Notes: generated from the sequence alone by a model not told the origin. 64,000 nt of DNA from Octopus vulgaris (GCA_951406725.2 OX597830.1:26164001-26228000), one strand, 5' to 3'; counted from the stretch's first letter, positions 1-14,110 are shown. Numbers and translations are program-made.

Positions 1-203
1 TTCGTGTTTTCAAGAACATGGATTCTATTGAATGTATGTAACGATTATGAACTGTTCCATTATACTTTTTATAATACATTTTTTTGATAAGGTTCGTTTT
101 TTCAAGAACCGAAACATGTAAAATTAAAATTTATCTAATATAGTGGCGTTTTCAAACTTCTATTTTACAAATATATACCCACTCGTATACGATCTACTCT
201 TAT

Positions 204-730
<527 letters not shown>

Positions 731-1266
731 CATATATGTACGTACCTACCTCTACATGTACATATACACGCATATATGAGTACAGGGCACCAAAGGGACG
801 TCGAACACAAAGAGAAACGAAAACATAGACACAAACCAAAGGAACTGGGCATTTTTTTAAAAACAACAAAAAATGGAGTACAGGACAATTAACACAAAGA
901 AAAAACCCCTTCTTCAGTCGCTATGGTTTCATCTACTCTACGTTTCGAAGGATATATACATACACATTTCAACATATATATATACATACATAGTCTCATG
1001 TACACACACACACACACATAGATATTTATGAATGCATGTATGTATTCATGCGAATGAAGCCTAATTGCGTTCATCAACCCCTTCTCTCTCGATATACATG
1101 AATACATCCATACATACACATATATTAATGAACTTGGCACGCCATTTTATGTTGCGTATCAGCAATACCGTTTGGGTTTTATGCAACATAGCAAGAAGCA
1201 CCCTGGATGTTTCTTGTTACAAGTCTTTCTTTCAATACAAAAATAAATTACGGAGAAAAGACTTAC

Positions 1267-1358
1267 TAATATTTTGGTGACGTTTTCAAGAAAGTTTCCC
1301 ATTGTTTTGCTGTCTAGATTCCCGAACGGATTAAACTTGGTTCCCAACTTAATTTTAC
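1267..1358 (-). CDS. Gene B exon 5: (S)KIKLGTKFNPFGNLDSKTMGNFLENVTKIL (gene incomplete in window)
   Basis: ttctctttacatag acceptor, GTAAGT donor, 92 nt, phase 1 to 0; homologous to gene A exon 5. Confidence 0.82.
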
Positions 1359-1417
1359 CTATGTAAAGAGAAAAACCATATGAAGAACAATTATTGAAGT
1401 TTTTGTCGCTGTTGTTG

Positions 1418-1419
<2 letters not shown>

Positions 1420-1463
<44 letters not shown>

Positions 1464-1528
1464 CATTAATATTATTATGACTATTATTATTATTATTATC
1501 ATTATTATTATTATTGCTATTATTATTA

Positions 1529-1568
<40 letters not shown>

Positions 1569-1697
1569 CATTATTATTATTATTATTATTGCTATTATTA
1601 TTATTTTTATTATTATTATTAATATTATTATTATTGCTTTTTTTTTTCTATTATTATGATTATTATTATCATTGCTATTATTATTATTATTATTATT
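1420..1697. repeat. (ATT)n microsatellite
   Basis: Direct reading. Confidence 0.95.
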
Positions 1698-2376
1698 GAG
1701 TGAGAGAGCAGTTCATGCCATCAAAGTGACACTGGGGTAAAATATGCGAAGCCCAATATACCCATCATGACTACCCGTCTGATAAGGGTACACCAGGCAC
1801 ATGCATCACAACCATATGTGCGCGACATGGTGATCTCATATCAAGATAAACAGCACATGACCTTGCAGGTGGGGCCCAGTTAGAATTTTCTTCAGGTTGA
1901 GTAACCCATCCCGCTCAAACGGTCCCTGAATAAGGGTTGTTTAAGGATGTTGAAAGAACAACCCATGTTTCCAAATGTGAATTATTCAAACCCCAAAGAA
2001 TCCCTCTCAACACATGGCTATGATGCTCCCCCACTACTTCTGCTCATGGTCAGAGATGCACATATCGTCAGCCACTAAGGGACATGGTCAACTGGTTAAG
2101 GTCAAACAACTGACAAGCAAATCTGTGGTATTGAGCAGAATATTTGCTGTAGCCCATCTTTTATACCAAGACAAAACAATGTACATGATAACACTTCCAA
2201 TCAGTTAAGATCAGAAGCCATGAGAGCCACTGCCTGGTACTGCATCAGGGCATAATAAACAGCACATGACCTTGCAGGTGGGGCCCAGTTAGAATTTTCT
2301 TCAGGTTGAGTAGTCCATCCCGCTCAAAAGGTCCCTGAATAAGGGTTGTTTAAGGTAGTTGAAAGAACCACCCATG
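1698..2376 (-). mobile_element. Interspersed repeat with (TAA)n tail (retroposon 3' region), internal partial duplication
   Basis: Near-identical copy at 48640-49152; 1846-1968 is repeated at 2256-2376. Confidence 0.8.
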
Positions 2377-2789
2377 TTATTATTATTATTATTATTATTA
2401 TTGCTATTATTATTGCTATTATTATTATTATGAAAGGCAAAGTCGACCTCGGCGGAATTAGAACTCAGAACGTAGCGGCAAATGAAATATCGCTAAGTAT
2501 TTCGCCCAGTGTGCTAACGTTTCTGCCAGCTCGCCGCTTTGTGCTTTCTATCTATTGCAGAAAGGAAGGCATCGAGCTGGCAGAATCGTTAGTACGCTCG
2601 GCAAAATGTTTATCGGCATTTCGCCCGTCCTCACATTCTGAGTTCAAATTCTGCGGAGGTTGACTTTCGTTTTAACCCTTTCGGGGTCGATAAAATAAGT
2701 ACCAGTTGAGCGTGGTGTCGATGCATTTGACCTAAACCCAGCCCAAAATTTGTTGGCCTTGTGCAAAAAACAATTATTATTATTATTTG

Positions 2790-3200
2790 TTGTTGTTGAA
2801 AACTCACAGCTTATTATGATGGAAAGAACATACTGTCCACAGCCAACAGACCAAGGTGACACTTGTTTACTGGTCACGCTTCAAGAATCCTGCGAAGAAT
2901 TCTTACAGTTCCAAGCAATGCTGATTTATCTGGGTGTTCTATCTTTACATTTATACCAATCTTTTTGAGTAATGTCGGTAGTTAACTACTGACACTTCCA
3001 AGTGCACCAGTTACTATTGGTATCATGTCTACTCTTCTTACTGACCACAACTTCCGTATTTCCCACTTTAAATCGTAGTTAAGTTTTTCTTCTTTCTCTT
3101 TGACCCTGTTGTTACCGGCGCATGCTATGTCGATTATCTTGCATATTCTTTCTTTTTTATTCATCACAACAATGTCCGGTTTCCGATGTCTAGTCAATTG
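2790..3200 (-). mobile_element. R4/Dong-like RLE fragment
   Basis: KPDIVVMNKKERICKIIDIAC...DLKWEIRKLW...IPIVTGALG. Confidence 0.8.
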
Positions 3201-4455
3201 ATCATTATAACACGTAGGGGAGGATAGGCTAAAAATTGCCATAAACCTACTGAGGTAATTCTTATGTTTCATTCCTACGGTGACCCTATTGGGATTAAAA
3301 CTTGGAGTGTTAAGAGAAATTAGAAAAACGCAATGCATTTTGTCCTACTCTTTAACGAATATGCTATTTGATTCTAATTTACCTACAGGGCCGGTGGCTT
3401 TGGGGAGAAAATCATGGTCAATTATACCCAGTTCATAAATTGTACTGTATTTTACTGATCCCGAGAAAATGAAAGGCAAAGGTGACCTCAGCGGATTTTG
3501 AACTCAAAATAAAGAACCAGAAGTATTACTTCGAGGTATTTTTCTAAGGCTCTGATGATTCTATTAAACCAGCATCCTACGTACTATGAGTATCAAATGA
3601 AAAGGTTCATATATTGCACTATGTAACAACATTTTTATCTTATTTCTATTTTGTCAGTAAGTGTTATTTCCTATTTGCTTCTATCTTGAAATCAAAGGAA
3701 ATGACTACTTTTCCCTTCAAATTTTGTTTTTGTGACCTGGACAGATTCAGCGCTGAGTTACTGAAATAAATATGTCGTTGTATCATATATTCCGCTCAGT
3801 ACCACAGATTTGCTTGCCAGTTGCTTGACCTTAACCACTTGAACATGTCCGTTAGTGGCTGAAAATATGTGCATCTCTGATTATGAGCAGGAGTAGTGGG
3901 GGAGCATCATAGGCGTGTGTTGAGAGGGTTTCTTTGCGGTTTGAACAAATGTAACAAAAGCAAAGTTTGAAGGAAATATCAGCCATTTTTCATACTTTCT
4001 AAGGGTAAGCAAATCGGAAATAACAGTTATAACCAAAGAACAAAAATCGTGCTCCACAGTGTTGTCAGTTACTTATTTCGTTCTTGTATTTGATCTGCAA
4101 GATTCTTAATGTGAACACGTGTGTTGAAATATATTTGGGTGTATCTGAGGAGGATCATAATGCAAATAATAAACACACATCTCAGGTTCTATTTCACGTT
4201 TCTATGTATTTTTTAATCTGTCAATTGGTTAAATAGCAAACTAATTGTTTGATTAATCGTTCGGTCGCTTAATCAATCAGGTAAATTTCTTTAAGTCATC
4301 GTCATTAATTATCTCACCAATGTCATGCCCACTTAAATCCACATCAGTCTCAAATCAGTGCGTGAGGGCGTGCGCGTTTATTTGCATAATGACATCCCAA
4401 GATACAACAAAATTAGTTATTTAACATAGCAGAAAAATTATTTCTACCAACATAC

Positions 4456-4647
4456 TGTTGAAGAAGCTGTTTTTTGAGATAAGATTCGTGCTATCTCTCG
4501 AAGAGTATTTTTCTGTATGAAGATACAAATTTTCCAAGAAGTTGTCCATCATTAAGTCTGGGGTTACCACTGTCAGCATTGCAGTGAATATTGCTCCGGG
4601 ACTACCTTCGTGATGAATGCCGAGTGTCTTCCGCCCACTGAGACTTT
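4456..4647 (-). CDS. Gene B exon 4, DBB domain: (E)SLSGRKTLGIHHEGSPGAIFTAMLTVVTPDLMMDNFLENLYL...SFFN
   Basis: ttttattcag acceptor, GTATGT donor, 192 nt, phase 1 to 1. Confidence 0.85.
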
Positions 4648-4740
4648 CTGAATAAAAAAAAATCATTCAGTGTGAAAAGATGGTATACATCGAACACAAT
4701 TAAATTTCTAGAAAAATAGAGCTCAAAAACATAATATCAA

Positions 4741-4741
4741 C

Positions 4742-4803
<62 letters not shown>

Positions 4804-4805
4804 TG

Positions 4806-4897
<92 letters not shown>

Positions 4898-4930
4898 AAG
4901 AAGAAGAAGAAGAAGAAGAAGAAGAAGAAT
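4741..4930. repeat. Compound (AAT)n(AAG)n microsatellite
   Basis: Direct reading. Confidence 0.95.
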
Positions 4931-5012
4931 AAGTTCTGGGATCGATTTGCTCAACTAAAGTCGGTGCTCCGGCATGGCTGCAGTTAAATGAATGAAACAA
5001 GTAAAAGCGAGA

Positions 5013-5057
<45 letters not shown>

Positions 5058-5059
<2 letters not shown>

Positions 5060-5950
5060 CCTTTTTATTAAAGGCACAAGGCCTGAAACTCGGGGTGGAG
5101 AGCGGACTAGTCGATTACATTGACATCGGTGTTTCACTCGACTCGAAAGGATAAAAAGTAAAGTCGACCTCGCTGAAAGTTGAACTCAGAATGTAAGAAT
5201 GGGCGACATGCCGCTAAGCACTTGGTCTGGCAAGCTAACGATTGTGCCAGATCGTCGCCTTTAACAATAACAACAGCAGCAATAATAATAATCCTTTCTA
5301 TAGTAGACACTAGGCCTGAAATTTGTGGGGAGAGGGATAATCGAAGACATCGGCTACAGTAATCAACTGGAACTTAATTTATCGACCCCGAAAGGATAAA
5401 AGGTAATGTCTCTCTTGGCGGAATTCGAACTCAGAAAGTACAGACAGACGAAATCCCGCTAACATTTATGCTCGGCGTGCTAACGATTCTACCGGATCGC
5501 CGCCTTAATAATTAGTTATACTTTAGGCACAAAGCCATGAAAATTTTGAGGAAAGTGGTCTAATCGATTACATCAACCCCAATGCGTAACTGGTACTTAT
5601 TCTATTGATCCCCGAAAGGATGAAAGGCAAAGTCGACTTTGGCGGAATTAGAACTCACAATGTAACGGCAGGCGAAATACCTATTTCTTTACTACCCTCA
5701 AGGGGCTAAACACAGAGAGGACAGACTAGGACAGACAAAGGGATTAAGTCGATCATATCGATCCCAGTGCGTAACTGGTACTTATTTCATCGCCCCCGAA
5801 TGGATGAAAGGCAAAGTCGACCTCGGTGGAATTTGAACTCAGAACGTGCAGACAAGTGAATTTGAATTTGAACTCAGAACGTAGCGGTAGAGGAAATACC
5901 GCTAAGCATTTTTTTCCGGCGTGCTAGCGTTTCCGCCAGCTCGCCGCCTT
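5058..5950 (-). mobile_element. Tandem cluster of tRNA-derived SINEs with a Meta-SINE-like core
   Basis: Repeated gaaaggatgaaaggcaaagtcgacctcggcggaatttgaactcagaac; A-box and B-box (gttcaaattcc) on the minus strand. Confidence 0.85.
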
Positions 5951-6275
5951 AATAATGATAAGTAAAATGACAATATTGCAAAAAGAGACCGATAGAATAA
6001 GTACCAGATTTGAAAAAAAAAGCATCGAGGTCGATACGTTTCGACCAAACCCATTCAAGGTGGTGCACCAGTATGACCGCCGTCAAATGACTGTAACAAG
6101 TAAAAGACAGCAGATTAATGACAGAAATGAAGATTCAGATGTACAGGTGATTAAAATCGAAGAGACTAACTCCGACTTGTTATCATAGGGATTTACACCT
6201 GGACGCATAAACTCGGAGTGATTAAAGATATAGATAAGATAATAGAAACCGTATTACGTACTATAATTTACTTAC

Positions 6276-6408
6276 CCGGCATTTCAGCAGAGAAAATATT
6301 GGCGGTCACCTGTTGGGCTGGTATTTTTTCTTCAATTTCACTTACTTTAACATGGATCTTCTTCTCACCGATAGCTTTGTTTAATATGATATAAATCATC
6401 GACTGGCC
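6276..6408 (-). CDS. Gene B exon 3, DBB domain: GQSMIYIILNKAIGEKKIHVKVSEIEEKIPAQQVTANIFSAEMP
   Basis: Poly-T plus caaag acceptor, GTAAGT donor, 133 nt, phase 0 to 1. Confidence 0.88.
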
Positions 6409-6859
6409 CTTTGAAGAAAAAAAAATCGTACATGTATATGCAGGTCTGACTATGCGGTAAGAAGCTTACTTCCCAACCACTTGTTTCAGGGTTTAGTCTC
6501 ATGGCGTGATAACCTGGGCAAGTGTCGGACTGACCAAATCTTTGTGAGTGGATTTGGCAGAGGGAAACTGAAAGAAGCCCCTCGTATATGTGTATATGTA
6601 TATACCTATGTGTGTGCGTCTTTATGTCTGTATTTGACCCCAACACAACTTGACAACCCCAACACAATTTGACCTCAGAATGTAAAGCACCAGAAGAAAT
6701 TCCGCAAAGCATTTTGTCCGACGTGCAAACGATCCTTCCCATTCAAGGGATTATGTGAGATGCACTATTTTGTGTTCTCTTATAGTTTATTGTGATTTAA
6801 TGGAAACGGATTAATGCCCGCGCAGTATTTACAATCTTTCAAATTTTGGTAAAAGGTCA

Positions 6860-7490
6860 ACGGTTTTAGGGGCGTAATAAGGCGATTACATTGAGCCCAG
6901 TATTTAACTGGTACTTATTTTGTCGATTCTGAAAGGATGATAGGTAAAGTCGACCTCGGCAGGATTTGAACTTTGAATGTAAAAGAGTCGGAAGAAATAC
7001 CGCTAACCGTATCGTCAAACACGTTAACGATTCTGCCAGCTTGCCGCCTTTATCCTGGAAATAATATAGTTTGTATATTGAGCGGGGAGCTGGCAGAATC
7101 GTTAGCACGTCGGAAAAAATGCTTAGCGGCATTTCGTCCGTCCTTGAGTTCTGATTTAAAATTTCTCCGAGGTCAACTTTGCCTTTTATCTTTTCGTTTC
7201 GGGGTCGATTAAATAAGTACTAGGTACGCACTGGGATGGATGAAATCGACTAGTCCCCTCCCCACAAATTTCAGGCCGTGTGTCTTTAATAGAAAAGATT
7301 ATTAAGGTGGCAATCTGGCAGACTTGTTAGCACGCCGGGCAAAATGTTTAGTGACATTTCGTCCATCTTTACGCTTTAAATTCAAGTTCCGCCGAGATCG
7401 ACTTAACCTTTCGTCCTTTCGGGATTGGCTCGATGTAATCGACTACCCACTCATCAGAGGTTTCTGGCCTTCTGCCGAAATTTGAAACCA
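6860..7490. mobile_element. Three SINE copies (one -, two +) of the same family
   Basis: Same core in opposite orientations. Confidence 0.8.
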
Positions 7491-7929
7491 ATATATTGTT
7501 TGTATATTAGTGTAGCCAATTTTGTTTTTTAGTCAGGAAGACAACTATTTACAACGTCTCAGCAACTGGTGAGAAGAAGGTATAGTCCAACCAAGAAATT
7601 GTTCACATTCTTACAACAGATTATACTCCGTTAAATGTCCACCCTTCGGGTGTCAAGCGGTGATGCTGAAATGAGCGACAGATCAAGCCTATCATCCAAA
7701 TACGACATGGTGGGATTTGAACTCAGAACGCAGAGATGAAACGTAACAAATATTGCAACGTATTCAGCTCAAACCTTGTTATAGTTCTACCGATTCACGT
7801 AAAAGTGAAAAGAAGGCGTCAACGGCGGGATTTCGACTCAGATCATTGAGTGCCTGATTAAATCTTCTTTAACGACTCCACTCATTTGTCGCCTAATTCT
7901 TTCTGTTGCGTAAATGTGGTACAAATGAC

Positions 7930-8385
7930 TACACTCAGAACGTTTGTAATCGTTTTACTACGTTTGCCATCTCTGCTTGTAGATGTGCTCTGATTAATTC
8001 TTGTATGTTTGACTTCTGTTCGTGTATGTCTTTTTTGTCACTGGTTATTATATTTGATATCTTTTCATGTTTCTCATAAGAATTTTGGTGAGGCATTTTT
8101 GTCCGTGTTACTTTCTAGGTGTAGAGCCTAAATTTGGAAATAGGTAGCATAAATCTCAGTATTCCGAAGTCTGGAAATGTGAACCCGACTGAAATGTTGA
8201 GTATAGTTCACAGGTTAAGCATGGAAAGATTAAAGTCGTGCGAAAAAGTGTGGGTAGGAGTATTGGTTCTCGTGGTACACCCTTTGAAAAAAGTAGATAA
8301 CTTGCTATTGTGCACCACACATACTTAGGGATTTGGGAAGATAGTTCGCTGGTCAGCGTTTTGTATTGTTTTCGAGGGTTCTAGT
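7930..8385 (-). mobile_element. Highly degenerate Penelope-like linker/GIY-YIG remnant
   Basis: Fragmentary similarity by eye only; many stops. Confidence 0.35.
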
Positions 8386-8719
8386 AGAAGAAAAAGAAAG
8401 AAGAGCACTCAGAGAGCGCAAAACTCTGAAAGGCAATACCAGCATCCTAATTCTTTATTAACCACAAAGGGGCATACACAGAGGGCGCAATACAAAACAT
8501 GCGGGGACACGAAACAGGGAGAAAAAAATTAAAAAAGGACGTATGTAACAAAAATGAACGACAGATGAAAATGAAAAAAATGCAATGAAGCTCCTTGGCC
8601 TCACCTTCAAGCAAATTCATTTATATCTTTTTGAAATTTGTTCCTGCTAATATGTCAAACTTAAACTCTTCCAACAGTTGCGGAATGTTCTAAGAAGACT
8701 AACATAAATATTGTGCCCC

Positions 8720-9205
8720 CCTTCGGTCATGAATGACCATGGGATTGCACTTAGAAAGTTACCCTCCGAGGCACAAATCTGGGCTATGTTGTTTATGGAA
8801 GACTAGCAGTCGCCCATGCATACCGGCCTCCCCTCACTACGCCCCCGATGTTATCCAAGGGAAAGGTAAAGGGGCCGATACAGCTTGGCACCAGTGACGT
8901 CGCAGCTCATTTATTAACGTGCAAGTGGCCGAGCATCTCACAGACACGTGTACCCTTAACGTAGTTCTCAGGGAGATTCAGTATCACACAGAGTGTGACA
9001 AAGCTGGTCCTTTGAAATACAGGTACAGCAGAAACAGGGAGAAAGAGTGAGAGAAAGTTGCGGTGAAAGAGTACAGCAGGGTTCACCACCACCCTCGTGG
9101 AGCTTTAGGTGTTTTTGCTCAATAAATACTCACAATGGGAATCGAAACCGCGATGCTACGACCGCGAGTCCGCTGCCTTAACCACTGAGCCATTGCGCCT
9201 CCACA
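8720..9205 (-). mobile_element. Second tRNA-derived SINE family (gtggaggcgcaatggc head)
   Basis: A-box tggctcagtggtt and B-box gtttcgattccc; related copies at 10975-11250, 16243-16545, 31008-31337, 45423-45708 and 51523-51725. Confidence 0.8.
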
Positions 9206-9678
9206 CTAACATAAATAGGTAAACAGTAAAACAATGATGTATAATATCAGCAAAATTAACGAAGAGGCGACACCATCGTCATCTCAACGATTAACCAGAG
9301 ATGACTTTTAAAATGAGAACATCTGAAGTACACTCGACAGCTCTCACAAACGAGAATAATAAAAATGAACCCGACCGCTCTTAAAAATTAAGTAAAAAAA
9401 AACGGAAGAATAATCCAGAATCCTTGTCCGTTACCAGATCGATCTCCAAATCTAATCAGTTCGTGCCAGTCACGAGGCCAAACATCCCTGAAAGTTTCAT
9501 CCGAATACGTTCAGCGGTTCTTGAGATATCTTGTCCATGGACAAACAAATACACCTGCAAACAATATCCCCGCCTTAGCGAAGAAAAAAATAGAACGAAG
9601 ACAAAAAGCAGAAAAAAACCCCACTAGAAAATAAAAGGCTTTTATGTTTATTTCTCTCTATTAAAATTGTCTACTTAC

Positions 9679-10136
9679 CGGGTATAATATCTCTGGTACG
9701 ACATCAATGCATATCAATTGGGTATCCATGTGCAAGTACTCCTCTTCATCCTCAACATTTTGATCGCTTGCAAAATATTCGTAATCTTGAATGATGCACA
9801 GCAGTAGTTCACGAACGTTTTCTGGCGTTGACTTCAATTCTACTATGTTTGAAATGGTGAAGTCAAAATACTGAAGACAGTGTATAAGGCTGACGTTACA
9901 ATGAAAAATGTTGAAATAACCGACATTGGATTCATTTGCTATGAGAAGAGGTTGAATATTATGTTCCATGCACGGCGTTAATATAATGACTTTCACTAAA
10001 TACTCTGTCATCATCCATTCTGTCAGATTTGTAGAGAGTACCATAGTTGTACTCACATCGTAGTGTTTATCAAACATATTCTTTAAATAATGTGACCAGC
10101 TCTGTCCATCTTTTTCGTAAATAAACAAGATTGTTA
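9679..10136 (-). CDS. Gene B exon 2, TIR-like domain: (V)TILFIYEKDGQSWSHYLKNMF...EEEYLHMD...IDVVPEILYP
   Basis: ttccatttcag acceptor, GTAAGT donor, 458 nt open (ORF 9661-10128); aligns by eye with gene A exon 2 (YLVKVIILTPCME vs YLIKVLIFTPLME). Confidence 0.88.
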
Positions 10137-11300
10137 CTGAAATGGAAATAATATTTTACTCTTTATATTTAATATAGAAATGAACGTTTACATATTTATA
10201 CTGGAATGAAACAAACCGGACGGATTTATATGAAATTCCTGCTCAATATTTGCTGAAATTTGTGTCGTGTGAACTAAACTGGGTTCTTGATGTAACAACG
10301 TAACACGTTTTACTTTTTTATTTTTATTTATTCTTAATAAATATGTTTAGAGAGATATAAAACTTCTAATTTATTGTCTCCACAATAAAGAATCAGTGTT
10401 GGGATAGTGATGGTTTCTGATTCAGATACAAGATCAGCAAATCTAACAGGAAGTGGTACTCGTCATCATCGTCGCCACCATTTGACTGGAACTTTTTTTA
10501 TAGACTCCGAAAGGATGGAATGCAAAGTTGATCTCAGTGAGATTTGAACTCAGAACGTCAGCAATACTACACAGCATTTTCCGGCGATCCAAGGATTTTG
10601 AAAGATTGCTTCGTAACTGTGGAGATAATAATGGCTTGTAATTTATGGCAACAAACGCCAACAATTTTGAGAGGAATGATTAGTTGATACCATGGGATAA
10701 AATTGATTCAGAGCATAAGAGTCAGAAGGCATTTTCTAACGACCAGACGCTTTTCCCATCAGTCTGTCTTAAGTTTGGGATAATAAATCTTGCTAATTCT
10801 TAACACGAGACCAGCCATTTTGAATGGAGAGGGCAAGTCGATTGTATTGACAGGCACTTTATCTTATCGACCGCGAAAGGATGTAAGGTGACCTCGGTGG
10901 ATTTTGAACTTTGAACGCAAAGACCCGGAAGAAATATTGCCAAGCATTTTGTCCAATGTACTAATGATTCTATGCGGAGGCACATGGCTTGATGGTTAGA
11001 GCAGCAGACTTGCAGTCGGGGGATCGCAGTTTAGAATCTCAGACCGGGCGATGTATGTGTTTATGGGCGAAACACCTAAGCTCCACTCGGCTCCGGCAGA
11101 ATGTAATGGCGAACTTCTTCTGACTCTTTCGCCACATCCTTCTCTCACTCTTTCCTCCTACATCTATCAGCTTACCTGTGACAGACCAGCGTCCATTCCT
11201 CGTGGGAAGCCTATACGCCCATGAAACCGGGAAACTGTCCCTTATGAACAAACAACAATAACTACTGATTCTGCAAGCTCACCGCATTAAATGTCGCGAA

Positions 11301-11356
<56 letters not shown>

Positions 11357-11374
11357 TGTATGTATGCATGTATG

Positions 11375-11418
<44 letters not shown>

Positions 11419-11547
11419 ATTTAGAGTAAAAAATTTATTAAACAATTCAATAAGGAAAGATGTTATTCACAACAGAAGACATATACTATAAAAAAATCTT
11501 ATTCTAAAAATCAATAAACTACAATAAAAAGTAAATAGTAGTAAAAT

Positions 11548-11664
11548 GACTACGCGCGTTATGGGCTATATTTTCAAATAGATGATAATAATAAAATCAA
11601 TTCAATTTAAAATTAAGTCGAACTAAAATTAATTCTATTTAAAAATATAGTCACTCATCAGGTC
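11548..11664 (-). ncRNA. Degenerate hammerhead motif with long stem II
   Basis: GAC-CUGAUGA-GUGACUAUAUUUU...AAAAUAUAGCCC-AUAA-CGCGCG-UA|GUC; GAAA is mutated. Confidence 0.55.
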
Positions 11665-11729
11665 TAAGATAATAAATAATAAAAACTAATAATAGAATAA
11701 ATGTACTTATCTTAACTTATACTAATTAT

Positions 11730-11796
<67 letters not shown>

Positions 11797-12072
11797 TAAT
11801 ATTAATTAATATTATTATTATATATATATATATATATATATATTATACAATGATTTGTCTTTTCTCAAGAATTTTCACATCGTAAATTATTGAAATCATT
11901 TAATAATTTATATTATGACTTTTATAATTTGTATTCTTATCTTACATGTATTGAATTATAAGATATATATGTATGCTATTGATGTTCTCATTTTGTTAAA
12001 TGAATAAATAATCCAACATTATAATATCAGAAAGTTGAACAAACTAAATTTGTTTCTCCATTTTCTTATTTG

Positions 12073-12119
<47 letters not shown>

Positions 12120-12124
12120 ATATT

Positions 12125-12552
12125 AAACAAAAACAACAAAAACAAAATACAAATTACATGAACATATATAAACAGAAGATACAAATATTACAGGCATCCC
12201 CCCACATACACACACTAAATAAACATAAACGCACATAGAGATACAAGCATGCGCAAATGAAGAAATACAATAGAAATACAAAATGGCTGACGGTTAGTAA
12301 GGAGAGACACAAATAAGAAAGAAGAAAACAAAGGACCACTGATGCGGTCACAGGAGTGTGACGAAAGAACTCTGGCCGAAATAAGATTAAGATTAATGTA
12401 AAAAATAAATAACACTGAAGCAAAATAACACCAAATATATAGTGCGTGTGTTTTTATTGGCTAAACTGGCAATATGACCATTCCTAAATACAACGATATC
12501 TGTTTCAACACACGATTTCACATAAAATATCTTGCACAACAAATATTTAAAC

Positions 12553-12556
<4 letters not shown>
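12125..12556 (+). repeat. About 430-bp interspersed repeat (probable Penelope pseudo-LTR)
   Basis: Near-identical reverse complement at 55373-55810. Confidence 0.85.
12333..12377 (+). ncRNA. Variant hammerhead-like motif (CUGAUGCG core)
   Basis: GGACCA-CUGAUGCG-GUCAC AGGAGU GUGAC-GAAA-GAAC-UC|UGGCC; identical copy at 55552-55596 (-). Confidence 0.5.
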
Positions 12557-12615
<59 letters not shown>

Positions 12616-13104
12616 TGTTGTGTGAATTTATCTAACTTGTTTTGGTATTACTTAGGTATGTATGAGAGCGTGTGTGTGTGTGTATATACATAACATGTGA
12701 ATTTGTATAGAAGGAGTGTGTCGATAAATATAGAAAATGCTATATTTACAATACATTGACTACTAAGCAGTGCATAGTATGTGGTTATGTATTTTATTTG
12801 TTTTTTGTGCAGTCAATATATTCATTGTAAAAACTAGGTTGCCGTATACTTTGACACACGCCTTACATACACATAAACAAATACACACACACACACAAGT
12901 CTCTTTATACATACACCTAGTTAACACCAAAACTGGTATATAATGTTAAGGTACAGGTTTTGCTATTTGTATTAAGAATAGACAAGGTTATTTTTATGTT
13001 GTTGTTTTACTAAAAGTCGGCCCAGATCGAAGTAACTTTCTTTCTTTTTCTTTTCCTCTTTTTACTGGGCTACCTTTGTCGAATGTATTATTTCTACTTC
13101 TTTC

Positions 13105-14110
13105 AAGGCGGTGAGCTAGCTGATTGGTTACCTCGCCGGGCAAAATGCTTAGCGTCATTCCTTCCCGCTTTAGATTCTAAGTTCAAATTCCGCCGAGGTC
13201 GACTTTGCATTTCATTCTCTCAGGGTCGATAAAGTGAGTACCAGTTGTACACTGGAGTGGGGTCGATGTAATCGACTTACGCACATACTCGAAATTGTTG
13301 GCCTTGTGCCAGAATTTGATATCATTATTTCGTATAGCTTTTGAATCAGCTAGCTGGCAGAAGCGATAGTATGCCAGACATAATGCTTCGCGGTATTCCG
13401 TCTGCCTTTAACGTTCTGAGTTCAAACTCTGCCACCGTTTACTTTGCCTTTCATTCTTTCGCGATAAATAAAATAAGTTCCAGTTTAGTAATGGGATCCA
13501 TGTTATCGTTGACTAACCCTCTTTTTACAGAATTTCAGACTTTGTACCTAAGACAGAATTGTTTCTTCTTGCTTAATCTTTTTTTGCTGTTTGCTTTCTT
13601 TACATGAATGCGTTTGAAAGTGATTTTGCTGGTATTTCTAGTAGACAGGTCCAGAGTTTGCACAGTCAGCGAGTGGTGGTGGATATTACACACAAATTTG
13701 CTACTAGTCTAAGGCGGTGAGCTGGCAGGGTCATTAGCACGCCGGGAGAAATGCTTAGCGGTATTGCGTCTGCCGTTACGTTCTGAGTTCACATTCCGCC
13801 GAGGTCGACTTTGCCTTTCATCCTTTCGGGTTCGATAAATTAAGTACCAGTTACGCACTGGGGTCGATGTAATCGACTTAATCCGTTTGTCTGTACTTGT
13901 TTGTCTCCTCTATGTTTAGCCCCTTGTGGGCAATAAAGAAATAGGTATTTCGTCTGTCGCTACGTTCTGAGTTCACATTCCACCGAGGTCGACTTTGCCT
14001 TTCATCCTTTCGGGGTCGATAAATTAAGTACCGGTGAAACACTGGGGTCGATGTAATTGACTATGCTTCTCCCCCAAATTTCAGGCCCTGTACTTATAGT
14101 AGAAAGGATT
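13105..14110 (+). mobile_element. SINE cluster including a dimeric copy (13711-14110)
   Basis: aaggcggtgagctggcag...gaggtcgactttgcctttcatcctttcgggg. Confidence 0.85.

Noticed and set aside
905-962. Permuted hammerhead-like words (GAAACGUA ... CUGAAGA) on the minus strand, or gene B exon 6
   Set aside because: Stem I does not pair, and phase-0 readings after either AG hit stops.
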